A stretch of DNA of 64,000 nucleotides from a virus (IMGVR_UViG_3300027801_000011:1-64000); one strand, 5' to 3'; positions 34,984-45,243 are shown, counted from the stretch's first letter. The notes: generated by a model not told the origin, from the sequence alone. A program made the numbers and translations.

Positions 34984-37191
34984 TCAGCCCTGGCTGAATC
35001 TAGCATGTCCTTGCGCTGTAACTTGTACCTGAGTTTTTTTGTTTATAACGGTGTTGCTAGTGTTAAATTGACCACCACCACCACTTGCTGCACCTAGCAT
35101 CGCCACGGTAAGAGCGTCTATAGATTTTGTTAATTTCTCATTCCAAAGCGAATCACCAGTACTTGCACCATCACTTGGTGCTTCCACGGCGGGTGGAGCA
35201 CCAGGCATCGTTGTTTCCATACCAAGAGATGCTCTCAAGGTAGCTACATTTTTTGATGCCTCAGTGAACTTAATTTCTGGACTTGCTAAACCTTTAAGTT
35301 TTGATCCAGAACTAAACCAACCTTTACCTACCGTACCACCCATAATTGCTACTTCTAGGGCGGGGATAGATTTCATTAAATCTCCTGTAAATCTAGATAT
35401 TGACATTCTTGTCGTACCAAGACTACCTAATTTTGCGAACTCTTGTAATGCTTGTACATTCTTCTTGACCTTTAAAGGATCAATGTCTTTTTTAGCAAAT
35501 GTCTCTAGGTCGGTCATAGGGTCACGATCTTTTGTGAATATACTACCTATACCTGTCATGAGATTACCAATCATATCTCCAAATGTGGTTGGGATTTTAA
35601 GTCCAGTTAAACCACTCATTGCTGTAACATATGCTTTAATACCTTCTCCATTCGATTTGATTTTTACTACCTCTGCGTCTGTCACAGTTGTTTTAGCAAA
35701 CATCTTTAAATCATCTAGTGGGCTCTTAACCTTACCACCAAACATTTTTGTCAATCCATCAAATGCTCCACCAAGCATATTAAATACTGAACCTAATGCT
35801 TTACCACCACTACCAGCAGCGCCGGCTGCCATGGCACCAGCAAATGCAACCATCGCTTCAGCATTGGCCTTTATCTTAACTACATCGATACCTGTAGCTG
35901 CACTTAATTTCTGCATACCCAATATTTGGGCATCTAATACACCCTTACCACCAATTGCTTTACTAACTCCATCCATAATCTCAGAAACTGTATTGCCCGC
36001 ACTAGCAATGGCCTTTCCAACACTACCAACAGCGCCGGCTGCCATGGCACCAGAAAATGCAAGAGCAGCACCAGCAAAGATCAGAATCTTATCTTTGGAA
36101 ATACCTTGCGCTGCACTGATCTTTTGCATACCCGATATTTGGGCATCTAATACACCCTTACCACCAACTGCTTTACTAACGCCGTCTAGTACTGAACTAA
36201 CTGTATTAGCAAGTGCCGCAACAGCTTTCATACCCATCGCAGCAGCGCCGAGTGCCATTGCTTTAAGATATTCCATCATTGCTTCGGCGTTGTTTATAAC
36301 ACCCTCTTTGTTTACAACTGCAAGACCAAATTTTTGCATTGCTTCTAACGGTGGTACTCCACCTATAAGTTTACCAAGTCCACCAATAGCTCCAGATGCA
36401 AGAGTACCAACAGCAGCAAGGGTAGTTCCACCAGCACCCAGCGCCATGGCGCCACCGTATGCAACCATTGCTTCAGCGTTACTTTTAATGTTTTTAGCGT
36501 CCAGTTTAACCGCACCAAACTTCTCCATCTTTTTGAATAAAGTATCTTCCGATGCCTCAACACCAAATAATTTACCAATACCATCAGCGGCAGCACCAAT
36601 CAGATTACCAACTGCTCCCATTGCTCCACCAAAACCTTGGGCGCCTAGGCCAAGACCCATAGCACCCATACCGATACCAACTTCTTCAAGTTTCTTACCA
36701 TCTAAGACTTCAAACCCCTTCATTCCTGCTATAATAGTAGGGAAGGCCTTGGTGTATAGGGCCATACCAAGAACAAGTGGCGCCATAAATGCGGCGATAC
36801 CAACACCTAAACCACCCATGACCAAAATGAATGGGCCAATAGAAGCGACACCAGCAGCCATGCCAGTCATAAATCCACTTACTAGTCTACCTATTCCAGA
36901 ACCAATACCACCTACTGCTTTAGCAATAGATGCGAATATTCCACCAGACTTTTTATCACCAGAGGATTCTGAACCGGCGTCTGGGATTGATCCCATAGCT
37001 GCAGCAATGGTTGAAAGGTATGCGTTATTCTCTTTCGCCATCTGGTTGCCTTCACGCTTCTCTTCAGCGGAGGCAGAACCCTTACTTTTAGTTGACCTTG
37101 CTAATATCATAGCAGCTTTGTCTAATTTAGTTGCAGTATTAGCTAATTTGTCTATGGTGTCACTAAATTTTTTAGTATTGTCATCAGCCAT
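34984..37191 (-). CDS. tape-measure / baseplate hub (gp29-like) protein
   Basis: Ala/Gly-rich helical repeats (~71 aa period); downstream of gp26/gp51. Confidence 0.7.
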   Translation of the reverse strand: MADDNTKKFSDTIDKLANTATKLDKAAMILARSTKSKGSASAEEKREGNQMAKENNAYLSTIAAAMGSIPDAGSESSGDKKSGGIFASIAKAVGGIGSGIGRLVSGFMTGMAAGVASIGPFILVMGGLGVGIAAFMAPLVLGMALYTKAFPTIIAGMKGFEVLDGKKLEEVGIGMGAMGLGLGAQGFGGAMGAVGNLIGAAADGIGKLFGVEASEDTLFKKMEKFGAVKLDAKNIKSNAEAMVAYGGAMALGAGGTTLAAVGTLASGAIGGLGKLIGGVPPLEAMQKFGLAVVNKEGVINNAEAMMEYLKAMALGAAAMGMKAVAALANTVSSVLDGVSKAVGGKGVLDAQISGMQKISAAQGISKDKILIFAGAALAFSGAMAAGAVGSVGKAIASAGNTVSEIMDGVSKAIGGKGVLDAQILGMQKLSAATGIDVVKIKANAEAMVAFAGAMAAGAAGSGGKALGSVFNMLGGAFDGLTKMFGGKVKSPLDDLKMFAKTTVTDAEVVKIKSNGEGIKAYVTAMSGLTGLKIPTTFGDMIGNLMTGIGSIFTKDRDPMTDLETFAKKDIDPLKVKKNVQALQEFAKLGSLGTTRMSISRFTGDLMKSIPALEVAIMGGTVGKGWFSSGSKLKGLASPEIKFTEASKNVATLRASLGMETTMPGAPPAVEAPSDGASTGDSLWNEKLTKSIDALTVAMLGAASGGGGQFNTSNTVINKKTQVQVTAQGHARFSQG
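35817..36182. repeat. 213-bp-period tandem repeat within the tape-measure-like gene
   Basis: CAGCGCCGGCTGCCATGGCACCAG at 35817 and 36030; TGCATACCCrATATTTGGGCATCTAATACACCCTTACCACCAA at 35912 and 36125. Confidence 0.85.
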
Positions 37192-37487
37192 TATTTGCTA
37201 TCCTTCTTTCCACCAGAACCAACATAAAGACCAAACCATGCGGCTCCTGCTCCTACAATGACACTTACAAATGCACTTTGAGGAGCAGTAGGTTCTGGGA
37301 TTGCCATGAACCATTCTGTAGTACGCCAGAACATGATACCATATAGAGTAATCAATGCCCTGGGCCAAATACGCCATTTGTCGATAACGGAAGAACTGAT
37401 ATGATTATACCATGAGGTTTCTTCTACTTCAGTAGTGCTACGATCCACTTCAACAATTGTGATAGGATCAGATTTTCTACTTGCCAT
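37191..37487 (-). CDS. 2-TM membrane protein
   Basis: DKWRIWPR...WFM...QSAFVSVIVGAGAAWFGLY. Confidence 0.65.
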   Translation of the reverse strand: MASRKSDPITIVEVDRSTTEVEETSWYNHISSSVIDKWRIWPRALITLYGIMFWRTTEWFMAIPEPTAPQSAFVSVIVGAGAAWFGLYVGSGGKKDSK

Positions 37488-37884
37488 TTTCTATCTCCGT
37501 TATGCGACTATCGTTGTTCTTTATCTGTACATTGTTATTTAGGGGAGTTCGGTCAAAAATTATCTTTTCTAATTTAAGAAAATCGATACGTTCATTCGGC
37601 ACATAACGCCATACATAATCCCCATCTAATTCACCACCTTTTTTAGTTACCCCAAATACGGTCTGTGATATACCTATCTTAACGATTAAGGCACGTTCTC
37701 CATCAATAAGAACATGATCACCCTCTTGAAACTGCTTATTCATGCTAAATGCAAGACCCTTGCTAAACTTAGTCGCAAAATCCTTTATCATAAACCCTAT
37801 GATGACGATCATTATCATACCAATGTATGGCAATAGGTATTGAGTCATCTCAATAGCAGCTGTGTTGGGTGTAGGTATTTCCAT
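37477..37884 (-). CDS. truncated MscS-like (mechanosensitive channel) protein
   Basis: TM + F.EGDHVLIDG....IVKIG...T.F...VPN. Confidence 0.55.
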   Translation of the reverse strand: MEIPTPNTAAIEMTQYLLPYIGMIMIVIIGFMIKDFATKFSKGLAFSMNKQFQEGDHVLIDGERALIVKIGISQTVFGVTKKGGELDGDYVWRYVPNERIDFLKLEKIIFDRTPLNNNVQIKNNDSRITEIENGK

Positions 37885-38058
37885 TTAATTTCTCATCTTT
37901 CTTTCTTCAGCCGAAATTTTATCTCTTTCCTCTTTCAAATATTGCATTAACAGTCCTAAGTATATTTCCCTCTCCCATGGCATCATATCTTCTAATTCTG
38001 TTAGACTGTAATTGTGGTGTTGCATCATTGCAAAATTAGTTTTATAATAGTTCTCCAT
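37885..38058 (-). CDS. baseplate hub assembly chaperone (gp51-like); frame open upstream to the gp26 slippery site
   Basis: YYKTNFAMMQHHNYSLTELEDMMPWEREIY; absent from the ORF track. Confidence 0.85.
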   Translation of the reverse strand: MENYYKTNFAMMQHHNYSLTELEDMMPWEREIYLGLLMQYLKEERDKISAEERKMRN

Positions 38059-38075
38059 ATTCTCATGTGAGAGGG

Positions 38076-38780
38076 CTATTCGAAAAAACTTTGCAGGCCC
38101 TCCACTACAATCTCATTCTTCTTCTTAGTCACGGGGTTGGTCACATTGATAATATGCCTTAGTTTTGGCATAGTCTCAAAGAAAGCACTAACCTTAGCGA
38201 ATTGATCTTGACTCATACTGTCGATGAAATCATCCAACTCTTTGTCTGTCATGTCTACCCTATTGTGAATAGAGGCACCATCGTGGATTTCACTAACACA
38301 TCGTTTGATCATATCGAAGATCATCTTGATCTGTCCACCGCCATCAAATAAGGCCATATCAGACAACATAGGATAACGCATGTGTATACTAATCTCATCA
38401 TTAATTTCAATGACATGACTATGATCCAAATCCATTTGAATCTTAACGTCTGTTAGATCGACTTCTTGTTCTACTCTAGTTACCTTATCATCATCGCACA
38501 GCAGACTTAGTTTAAGTTTCTCTCCTACTGATTTGCCTCGTAGTTGTAGAAAGATATATTCCACATCAAATAGAGGCACCTCGTAGGGATCAATCTTACC
38601 AAACGTGCAATCCCGTACAATAGATGCAAATGCACTTTCTACCTGTTTAGTGTCTTCAGACTCTTGGGCAATCATAAGAACCTTTTGTTCCTTTACAAGC
38701 CAAGGCCTGTACTTAATTTTCTTAGTGGTAGAAGGTAACTCCAACTCATATGTTAACGTACTCAGTTTAGGTAAAGCCAT
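38076..38780 (-). CDS. baseplate hub subunit (gp26-like)
   Basis: MALPKL...YRPWLVKEQKVL, FDVEYIFLQLRGKSVGE, GLQSFF. Confidence 0.9.
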   Translation of the reverse strand: MALPKLSTLTYELELPSTTKKIKYRPWLVKEQKVLMIAQESEDTKQVESAFASIVRDCTFGKIDPYEVPLFDVEYIFLQLRGKSVGEKLKLSLLCDDDKVTRVEQEVDLTDVKIQMDLDHSHVIEINDEISIHMRYPMLSDMALFDGGGQIKMIFDMIKRCVSEIHDGASIHNRVDMTDKELDDFIDSMSQDQFAKVSAFFETMPKLRHIINVTNPVTKKKNEIVVEGLQSFFE

Positions 38781-38807
38781 AATTTTTCATCCTTTAAAAT
38801 AATATGA

Positions 38808-39530
38808 TTAACGAAGACCGTTTCGCAATACAGCGGGTAAGGCCCTTGATATGTTTCTTTCGACTGTATTGATTACAGTCTGTCCAATTTTATCCATCAA
38901 ACTTGGTGGTTCTTGATTAAGGTCGGCGGTAGTCCAGTATCTAAAATTCATGTTCATTGTGAATTCTACGATTTGATTTCCACTCCCATACGACAAGGAC
39001 ACAGGGCCCACAGTCTTAGGGAAACACTCCCACAACTTCAGTCCATAACGTCTTTGCATCTGGTTGTCTAAAAGGTAGATGAACACAGTGCCGACATAAT
39101 CATTATAATAACCCATGTTCCATGTTTGTGGGTTATATGCTGCGTACTGCCATTTCTCAAATAAGACTCGTTCTGACAGGTCAGAACTACTCTGGAAATT
39201 GATAGAAATACCATCATCAAATATAACATTGTCTGCCACTTGTCGTTGCGGCCCATGTATGTTGGTGTCTGGGGATGTCGCTAAAGTTCTGCCAGGCAAT
39301 GTAATACTAGATGCTCGTAAGGATATGTTTGAGATATCCTGTTTGCTTACTCCCTGTACTAATCCCCTCATGGCATTTTCTGAAGTACCAGATGATGAAC
39401 CAGCGGGTGGGAAAATTTCTACTTCATAATGGTTGGGTGTAGCGTATCCTTCATTAGAATGAAACGATGACAGGATGTTATTCAATATCCCATAAGCGCC
39501 GCCTTCTAGAAACTTAGGTAATACAGACAT
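38808..39530 (-). CDS. tail tube initiator / tube-family protein (gp54-like)
   Basis: TLPGR, FEKWQ, YYNDYVG, ECFPKTV, FRYW. Confidence 0.7.
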   Translation of the reverse strand: MSVLPKFLEGGAYGILNNILSSFHSNEGYATPNHYEVEIFPPAGSSSGTSENAMRGLVQGVSKQDISNISLRASSITLPGRTLATSPDTNIHGPQRQVADNVIFDDGISINFQSSSDLSERVLFEKWQYAAYNPQTWNMGYYNDYVGTVFIYLLDNQMQRRYGLKLWECFPKTVGPVSLSYGSGNQIVEFTMNMNFRYWTTADLNQEPPSLMDKIGQTVINTVERNISRALPAVLRNGLR

Positions 39531-40087
39531 TAGATCATTCCCCTAGAGTCTTTCCATACAACAGACTCACTGCTCTTCTTGAATCTCTGTACGGGCAACA
39601 GTGTGGCCACAGTAAATTCATCAGCATCTATTCTACGGAATTGTGTTTTAACGTGACCAGCCAAATATCTCTTTAAGGTTGGCTTAATTTCTCTTATGTT
39701 TTTAAGGGCACTGTAGTCCACATCTAATTTCGTTGACTCATCAAATTTGGTGTTATTACTAAAGTCCACCAACTTATCCAACAACCTCATCCTCAAACCT
39801 AACGGCAGATAATGTAGATTACACCCTAGAAACCCATCCTTATACAGTTCAATAGGTAGAACTAGGGGGAATGAATCATAGTAAGGTAACGTCTTCTTAT
39901 GCTTTGGATCATAGATAAACATATTAAGTCTACCGAAGAATGGGGCGCTTGCCCTTTTACCGTCTCTAATTAAGTCCATAGCGCCTGGTTGCCCAAACTC
40001 TTTGATCTTGTCTTTGTACCAATTGGTTGAACGTGGTCTTCCACCTTGTGCCTTTAGTACTGATTGTATATATTTGCTCTGTGCCAT
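39530..40087 (-). CDS. DNA end protector (gp2-like)
   Basis: YDPKHKKTLPYYDSFPL, GCNLHYL; minus-strand TATAAATA at 40093-40100. Confidence 0.9.
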   Translation of the reverse strand: MAQSKYIQSVLKAQGGRPRSTNWYKDKIKEFGQPGAMDLIRDGKRASAPFFGRLNMFIYDPKHKKTLPYYDSFPLVLPIELYKDGFLGCNLHYLPLGLRMRLLDKLVDFSNNTKFDESTKLDVDYSALKNIREIKPTLKRYLAGHVKTQFRRIDADEFTVATLLPVQRFKKSSESVVWKDSRGMI

Positions 40088-40091
40088 ACCT

Positions 40092-40535
40092 CTATTTATA
40101 CGATATGCCCAGATGATCCTCGTTTAGTATTTTAAACTCAATACCATTGATGTCACAAAATTCTGTAGCATACTTCCATTTTGCTTCATTAACAGCCCAC
40201 GTTTTGATGTCTCTATAGAATCTATTGGTCTTCCTTTGTGGTATCTTGGGTGGAGAGCATTGGGCCTTGGGTTTGATCTCTACAATAGACTTCTCTATTT
40301 TACCATCTGCCCTTTTCACTTTAATATAAAAATCTGGGAAGTATCTGTGGATTCTACCATCGACAGGTGATAAATAGGGGATGATGATCTCTTCACTACC
40401 CCATTCTAGTACTGCCTTGTTAGTGTCGCAGTACACCATGAACTTACGTTCCCATAGAGAGCGGTATACAATACGAGATAGATCACCCCGATATTTTCTT
40501 GGATTGATTGGTATATATTTCCCTTTGTATGCCAT
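40092..40535 (-). CDS. head completion nuclease (gp4-like)
   Basis: YRSLWE, WGSEE, HRYFPDF, EIKP, NEAKW; minus-strand TATAAATA at 40572-40579. Confidence 0.92.
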   Translation of the reverse strand: MAYKGKYIPINPRKYRGDLSRIVYRSLWERKFMVYCDTNKAVLEWGSEEIIIPYLSPVDGRIHRYFPDFYIKVKRADGKIEKSIVEIKPKAQCSPPKIPQRKTNRFYRDIKTWAVNEAKWKYATEFCDINGIEFKILNEDHLGISYK

Positions 40536-40579
40536 GACTAAGTTACCTAAATAGTTGTGTATTATAAGGATATTTATAA

Positions 40580-41716
40580 ATGGCGTTTACATCAGCAATA
40601 TCTAACCAAGTCGCCCGAAGTGTTAATAGTAGGGTTTCGGGTGTTATCTCCAAAGGACTAAAAGATGTTTTTGGTACTAACGGTGGATCGAACTCTTCAG
40701 ACACACGAGCTCTTGCTGCCAATGGTGGTGCAACGACTAAGAATTTTCAATATCCTCTAAACGTAGAAGGTGATGAACAACAGGGTCATTACATTATGTT
40801 TATGATCAATACTGCCCAACAACCAAAGATTGGTAAGGGTAAGGGCGGAGCACCAGCTACCCCTAGTTCAAACCAACAACAAAATGGCCCATCCAAAACA
40901 AACCAAGAAGCATTTAGAAGTGGTAGTGGTGGTAACACGCTATCTGCTAAACGTCCACCTAGTACTAGATTAGATACTGCAATATCTCTTTACATGCCAC
41001 CTAGTGTTACTGTTGCATATAAGGCAGAATATGTTGATGATGAAATTGGTGGTATGGCAGAGGCTGGTGTGAAAGCGGGCAATAAGATTATTGAAGCATT
41101 TAGTAGTGGTGGCATTAAGAGTGCAATGAAAGAAGGTGCTAGTCAGATAACTGGCACAGTACTCCCAGCAGTTGGACAAGTCGCTGGACAAGCAGTACTG
41201 GGCATGATGGATAAAGTTGCTCAAGGTTCTGGTACATTGGTACAATTACAAAGTGGTGTGGTGTTTGGTAGTAAATTCGAATTGCTCTTTAAGAACATTG
41301 GACGTAGACAGTTTTCTTTCTCATTCAACTTCTTACCGAAGAGTGAACAGGAAGTTATTATGGTTGCTCAGATATGTGACACATTCAAACGGCATATGAT
41401 GCCTAGTGTTGCTGAGTCCATGAACGTAGGTAGTATTTCACTCAAACAACCAAAAGGACGCCTCCTGACAATTCCTGATACATTTGATATACAGTACATG
41501 TATCAAAGTAAAGAGAACCCATTTCTCAATAAGATTTCAACGTGCTATCTTACAGGTGTTGACGTATCGTATGGTGGTGATAAGTACTCCACATTCGAAC
41601 CAGTTCAACATCCAATTACTAAAGGTATTGGGCCTGCTCCACAGAAGACTAGTATTAAACTAGATTTCAATGAAATTGAGATCATGACTAAAGAACGTAT
41701 AGAGGAGGGCTACTAA
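40580..41716 (+). CDS. baseplate tail-tube cap (gp48-like)
   Basis: ISLYMP, RQFSFSFNFLPKS, L.F.E.EIMTKE. Confidence 0.85.
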   Translation: MAFTSAISNQVARSVNSRVSGVISKGLKDVFGTNGGSNSSDTRALAANGGATTKNFQYPLNVEGDEQQGHYIMFMINTAQQPKIGKGKGGAPATPSSNQQQNGPSKTNQEAFRSGSGGNTLSAKRPPSTRLDTAISLYMPPSVTVAYKAEYVDDEIGGMAEAGVKAGNKIIEAFSSGGIKSAMKEGASQITGTVLPAVGQVAGQAVLGMMDKVAQGSGTLVQLQSGVVFGSKFELLFKNIGRRQFSFSFNFLPKSEQEVIMVAQICDTFKRHMMPSVAESMNVGSISLKQPKGRLLTIPDTFDIQYMYQSKENPFLNKISTCYLTGVDVSYGGDKYSTFEPVQHPITKGIGPAPQKTSIKLDFNEIEIMTKERIEEGY

Positions 41717-42240
41717 TGTATTTTGCAGCATTCCCTAAGATATATTACGATGGTAAAGGAGATGGACACTTCAAGGTAGTAACTAATTTCTTACGCCGAG
41801 TAGCAGTACGTACCAAACTAAAAACACATGGAGCCCTATTCGATACCTATGATGTTAAAGAGGGTGAAACTCCAGAGATGATTGCACACAAACTGTATGG
41901 AGATTCAGAGTACCATTGGGTGGTACTGCTTATGAATGATGTAGTTGATAGGTTCCACGGGTGGCCAATGTCTACTCCACAGTTCCTAGCATTTGTTGAA
42001 GAGAAGTACGACAGTGCAGATGATATACATCATTACGAAATAGATTCTGTGTCTGGGCCTGTTAAGAAGATCGACATAGGTAAGGACAATACAGATTACC
42101 CTATGGCTAGTATTGTTACTAACATAGAATTTGAAGAGGCAGAACAGGATAAGAAACGGAAGATTAAACTACTAGACCCACGATACTTAGAACAATTTAC
42201 GACAGAATATAAAGCAATAATGTCGGAGTCGCAGATATAA
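41716..42240 (+). CDS. baseplate wedge subunit (gp53-like)
   Basis: MYFAAFP, GETPEMIAHKLYGD...HWVVLLMN. Confidence 0.9.
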   Translation: MYFAAFPKIYYDGKGDGHFKVVTNFLRRVAVRTKLKTHGALFDTYDVKEGETPEMIAHKLYGDSEYHWVVLLMNDVVDRFHGWPMSTPQFLAFVEEKYDSADDIHHYEIDSVSGPVKKIDIGKDNTDYPMASIVTNIEFEEAEQDKKRKIKLLDPRYLEQFTTEYKAIMSESQI

Positions 42241-42241
42241 A

Positions 42242-43690
42242 ATGGTTGATACTATTGGTAATGCCGGCGAATTCTCACTTGAATTAGTGCAGATAATCGC
42301 TGCAGACGGAACAGAACTAGACATTACATCAAATGTCATGGAGATCGATATATACGAAGATATTGAATCTCCATGCATTAGAGGTACAATAGCATTCAAT
42401 GATCCGATAAACTTTATGAACACACTGCCTGTTGTAGGGCAAGAGATGATTCGGGTACAGGTTAAAACTCCTTCATTCAAAACCTCAGAAGAAATCATAG
42501 AGTACCTATTCTACATGTACACGATTAGGTCTATGGTTGAAACCAATCCAAACAGCAATGTTGTTGTTATGGAATTCAGTTCTGTTGAATATATTGTCGA
42601 TGCTAGGAAGAGAGTCAACAGGACGTTAAAGGGTACGTGGTCAGATATAGTTACAGCCATAGTACGAGGTGATCTAGAAAGCACCAAAGATGTATGGGCT
42701 GAACCTACCGCAGGCATTAAACAAATAATGGCCCCAGACATTTCTCCATTAGCTGTTATTAAGAACGCTAAGAGGGAGGCTATATGTACTGAGTTCGGTT
42801 CGCCCACATATCATTTCTATGAGACAACACAGGCATTTCATTTCAGATCATTAGAGAGTTTGTACACAAAGGAAATTGCTGGATACTACACCACAGCACC
42901 ACAGGGCGGATTAGAGAAGAGAAATAAGGGTATGCCCAATGTCCTTGCAGACTTCCAGAAGATAAGAGAATGGACAATAGACCAGACACGTGATACCCTA
43001 TCTAACAGTGCAAATGGCATGTGGTCATCTGAAACCATTGAGCATGACATATTCAACAAGACGTTCACTACAACCAATTATAACTATTTCGATTCCTTTG
43101 AGACTGAGAAACATATAGACGATTTCGATGAGAAGACTACTTCACAGCCTCTCTTTAGTGCTGGTGCTGTAGATGATTCTAATGGTAGGTTGTCAGACTA
43201 CTATAAGAAGAGTTATCTGTTGCCAGTATCAATCAAGGATAAGACATCTGGTAGTGACTCACATTACACAAATTCCAAGGGTCGATATCCTTTCACTGGA
43301 TATAATCCCAGTAAGTGGATAGGTAGACGCACATCCACAGTAGAGCAAGTTAATGCAGGCCTTAGTATAACCATGACTGTTGATGGATACACTGCCATTC
43401 ATGCTGGTGATGTTGTAGAATTAGAACTGCCCTCCTCTAGTCAGAATAAGAGTGCAGACGGACAAACGGTTGATAGGTGGTTTCGTGGTAAATTCCTTAT
43501 TAGGAATATGAAACACTCATTTAGTGTGACTACGGGTAAGCATGAAATCATGATGCAATGTGTTAAGGACAGCACAGCATCTCAACCAGAAGGTGATCCC
43601 AAAGAACCTAGTCCACAACCAAAACAATACGGCAAGTCAAATCAATTGGCGCCGAAGACATATAACAAACGTAGCGATTTCTACGGATAA
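42242..43690 (+). CDS. baseplate hub protein (gp27-like)
   Basis: DIYEDI, FYET...FHFRS, AGDVV, GKFLI..MKH; follows gp53. Confidence 0.7.
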   Translation: MVDTIGNAGEFSLELVQIIAADGTELDITSNVMEIDIYEDIESPCIRGTIAFNDPINFMNTLPVVGQEMIRVQVKTPSFKTSEEIIEYLFYMYTIRSMVETNPNSNVVVMEFSSVEYIVDARKRVNRTLKGTWSDIVTAIVRGDLESTKDVWAEPTAGIKQIMAPDISPLAVIKNAKREAICTEFGSPTYHFYETTQAFHFRSLESLYTKEIAGYYTTAPQGGLEKRNKGMPNVLADFQKIREWTIDQTRDTLSNSANGMWSSETIEHDIFNKTFTTTNYNYFDSFETEKHIDDFDEKTTSQPLFSAGAVDDSNGRLSDYYKKSYLLPVSIKDKTSGSDSHYTNSKGRYPFTGYNPSKWIGRRTSTVEQVNAGLSITMTVDGYTAIHAGDVVELELPSSSQNKSADGQTVDRWFRGKFLIRNMKHSFSVTTGKHEIMMQCVKDSTASQPEGDPKEPSPQPKQYGKSNQLAPKTYNKRSDFYG

Positions 43691-43760
43691 CCAAAGGAGA
43701 GTCCACATCAGTCAGCGTAACAAGTTTATCTCAGAACGAATTAAAGCAAAGGAACTCAAA

Positions 43761-43937
43761 ATGGCTAAAACAAAAAACAGAATCAAAAATATGACATTTC
43801 AGACCCAACCTCGCCAGATGGAACCGTTAACCCCCCTTTCAGAAAGTGATAAATATATTGCGAACCTACAGAGATACAGTTACAAAGAACTAGGACAATT
43901 AGATGAAAAGATACCACGAACTACTGCCCTTGCTTGA
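43761..43937 (+). CDS. small hypothetical protein
   Basis: AAGGA SD; MAKTKNRIKNM. Confidence 0.45.
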   Translation: MAKTKNRIKNMTFQTQPRQMEPLTPLSESDKYIANLQRYSYKELGQLDEKIPRTTALA

Positions 43938-44589
43938 AGGGGTGTACGACAAAAATATCTTTAAAGCAGTCTTCCTCGCTGGTGGGCCTGGTAGCGGCAA
44001 ATCTTATGTCGTTGGCCAGACCACTGGTGGGTTGGGCCTTAAAGTAGTCAATTCAGATGATAATTTTGAAAGACTATTAGATAAGGCAGGGCTGACTAAG
44101 AAGATGGATACTAAACGAGGTGAACGTGAGGCAGAAAAAAGAGATGTCGTGCGGGATCAGGCTAAGAGTATCACTGATAAACAGAAGAACACCTATGTTG
44201 ATGGTCGCCTTGGGTTGATCATTGATGGTACTGGACATGACTTTGAAAAGATTAACAGGATGTCTTCGAAACTGAGGATGTTAGGATATGAGACATATAT
44301 GGTCTTTGTTAACACTTCTCTAGACGTTGCACTACAATCCAATGCAGAAAGAGACAGAGTTGTACCTAGTGCTATTGTTGCTAAGTCCCATAAAGCAGTG
44401 CAGTCTAATCTAGGTAAATTCAGTAATCATTTCAGAGGCAATCTAGTCATCGTGGACAATAACGACAGAACACAGGAACCTATTAAGCTAGCCACTAAAC
44501 AGGTTAGACGTTTGCTTAAGAAACCAGTAAACACCTCAATATCAAAGAATTGGATCGCTGGTGAGATGGAGAAGAAAAGAGCTAAATAA
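43903..44589 (+). CDS. P-loop kinase (zeta-toxin / Pnk-like)
   Basis: AGGPGSGKS, NSDD, IIDGTG, R.RVVP. Confidence 0.8.
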   Translation: MKRYHELLPLLEGVYDKNIFKAVFLAGGPGSGKSYVVGQTTGGLGLKVVNSDDNFERLLDKAGLTKKMDTKRGEREAEKRDVVRDQAKSITDKQKNTYVDGRLGLIIDGTGHDFEKINRMSSKLRMLGYETYMVFVNTSLDVALQSNAERDRVVPSAIVAKSHKAVQSNLGKFSNHFRGNLVIVDNNDRTQEPIKLATKQVRRLLKKPVNTSISKNWIAGEMEKKRAK

Positions 44590-45152
44590 TGAATTTTTGG
44601 GAAACTCTTGACTCTTGGGCAGACAACGATCTAACAGACCTACTTCATGATCACGTAGACAATCACGCCACCATGCTCTCTGAGTGTGAGGCGTTTGAGC
44701 ATTGGACACGGGTAGATGAAAACTATGGATTCTGGACACCAGATTCAATAAAGAACCATATCAAAGGCATTGCACCTAATATCGCCAAGTCATCACCACA
44801 TGGCCCTTGGGATAGGTGGTTTGCTATGCCCACAGAAGAAGACTTCCCCACACTACACAAATACCTCTATTCACACAGTGAATACAAGAACCCCATCATA
44901 TCTAAGCTTGGCCCAGGAGCTCAACTAGCTCCCCATTCACATCCTAAACAAAAAATGCTTTATAATATGTCGATTAACTACCCAGAAGGGTGTCAATTTG
45001 CGGTGTATCCTACAGGACTTATACCATATAAGGCAGGAGATGTGTATAAAATCAAGGTTCAGCAGGAACATGCGGTATATAACCGCTCTAATAGTGACAG
45101 ATATCATGTTCAAATAGCAGATGTTGCAGATATGTCACGCATCTTCAGATAA
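44589..45152 (+). CDS. aspartyl beta-hydroxylase-like oxygenase
   Basis: LAPHSH...EHAVYN...DRYHV. Confidence 0.7.
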   Translation: MNFWETLDSWADNDLTDLLHDHVDNHATMLSECEAFEHWTRVDENYGFWTPDSIKNHIKGIAPNIAKSSPHGPWDRWFAMPTEEDFPTLHKYLYSHSEYKNPIISKLGPGAQLAPHSHPKQKMLYNMSINYPEGCQFAVYPTGLIPYKAGDVYKIKVQQEHAVYNRSNSDRYHVQIADVADMSRIFR

Positions 45153-45173
45153 TTTAAAAATAATGCATTTAAT

Positions 45174-45214
45174 GTACGATTTCGCTTGACATTACCCTTT
45201 GGATGGTCTATACT
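45174..45214 (+). promoter_or_regulatory. early promoter with GTACGATTTCGC box
   Basis: GTACGATTTCGC-TTGACA-17-TATACT. Confidence 0.8.
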
Positions 45215-45243
45215 AAGGTATAAACTGAGAAAAGGAAGACAAG

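Noticed and set aside
35264-37261. 665-aa plus-strand ORF antisense to the tape-measure-like gene
   Set aside because: Shadow of an Ala/Gly-rich gene; Pro/Ile/Ala-rich mirror composition, no SD or promoter
43903-44589. Zeta/epsilon toxin-antitoxin pair with the upstream small ORF
   Set aside because: Only generic P-loop kinase motifs are visible; nothing shows the upstream ORF is an antitoxin
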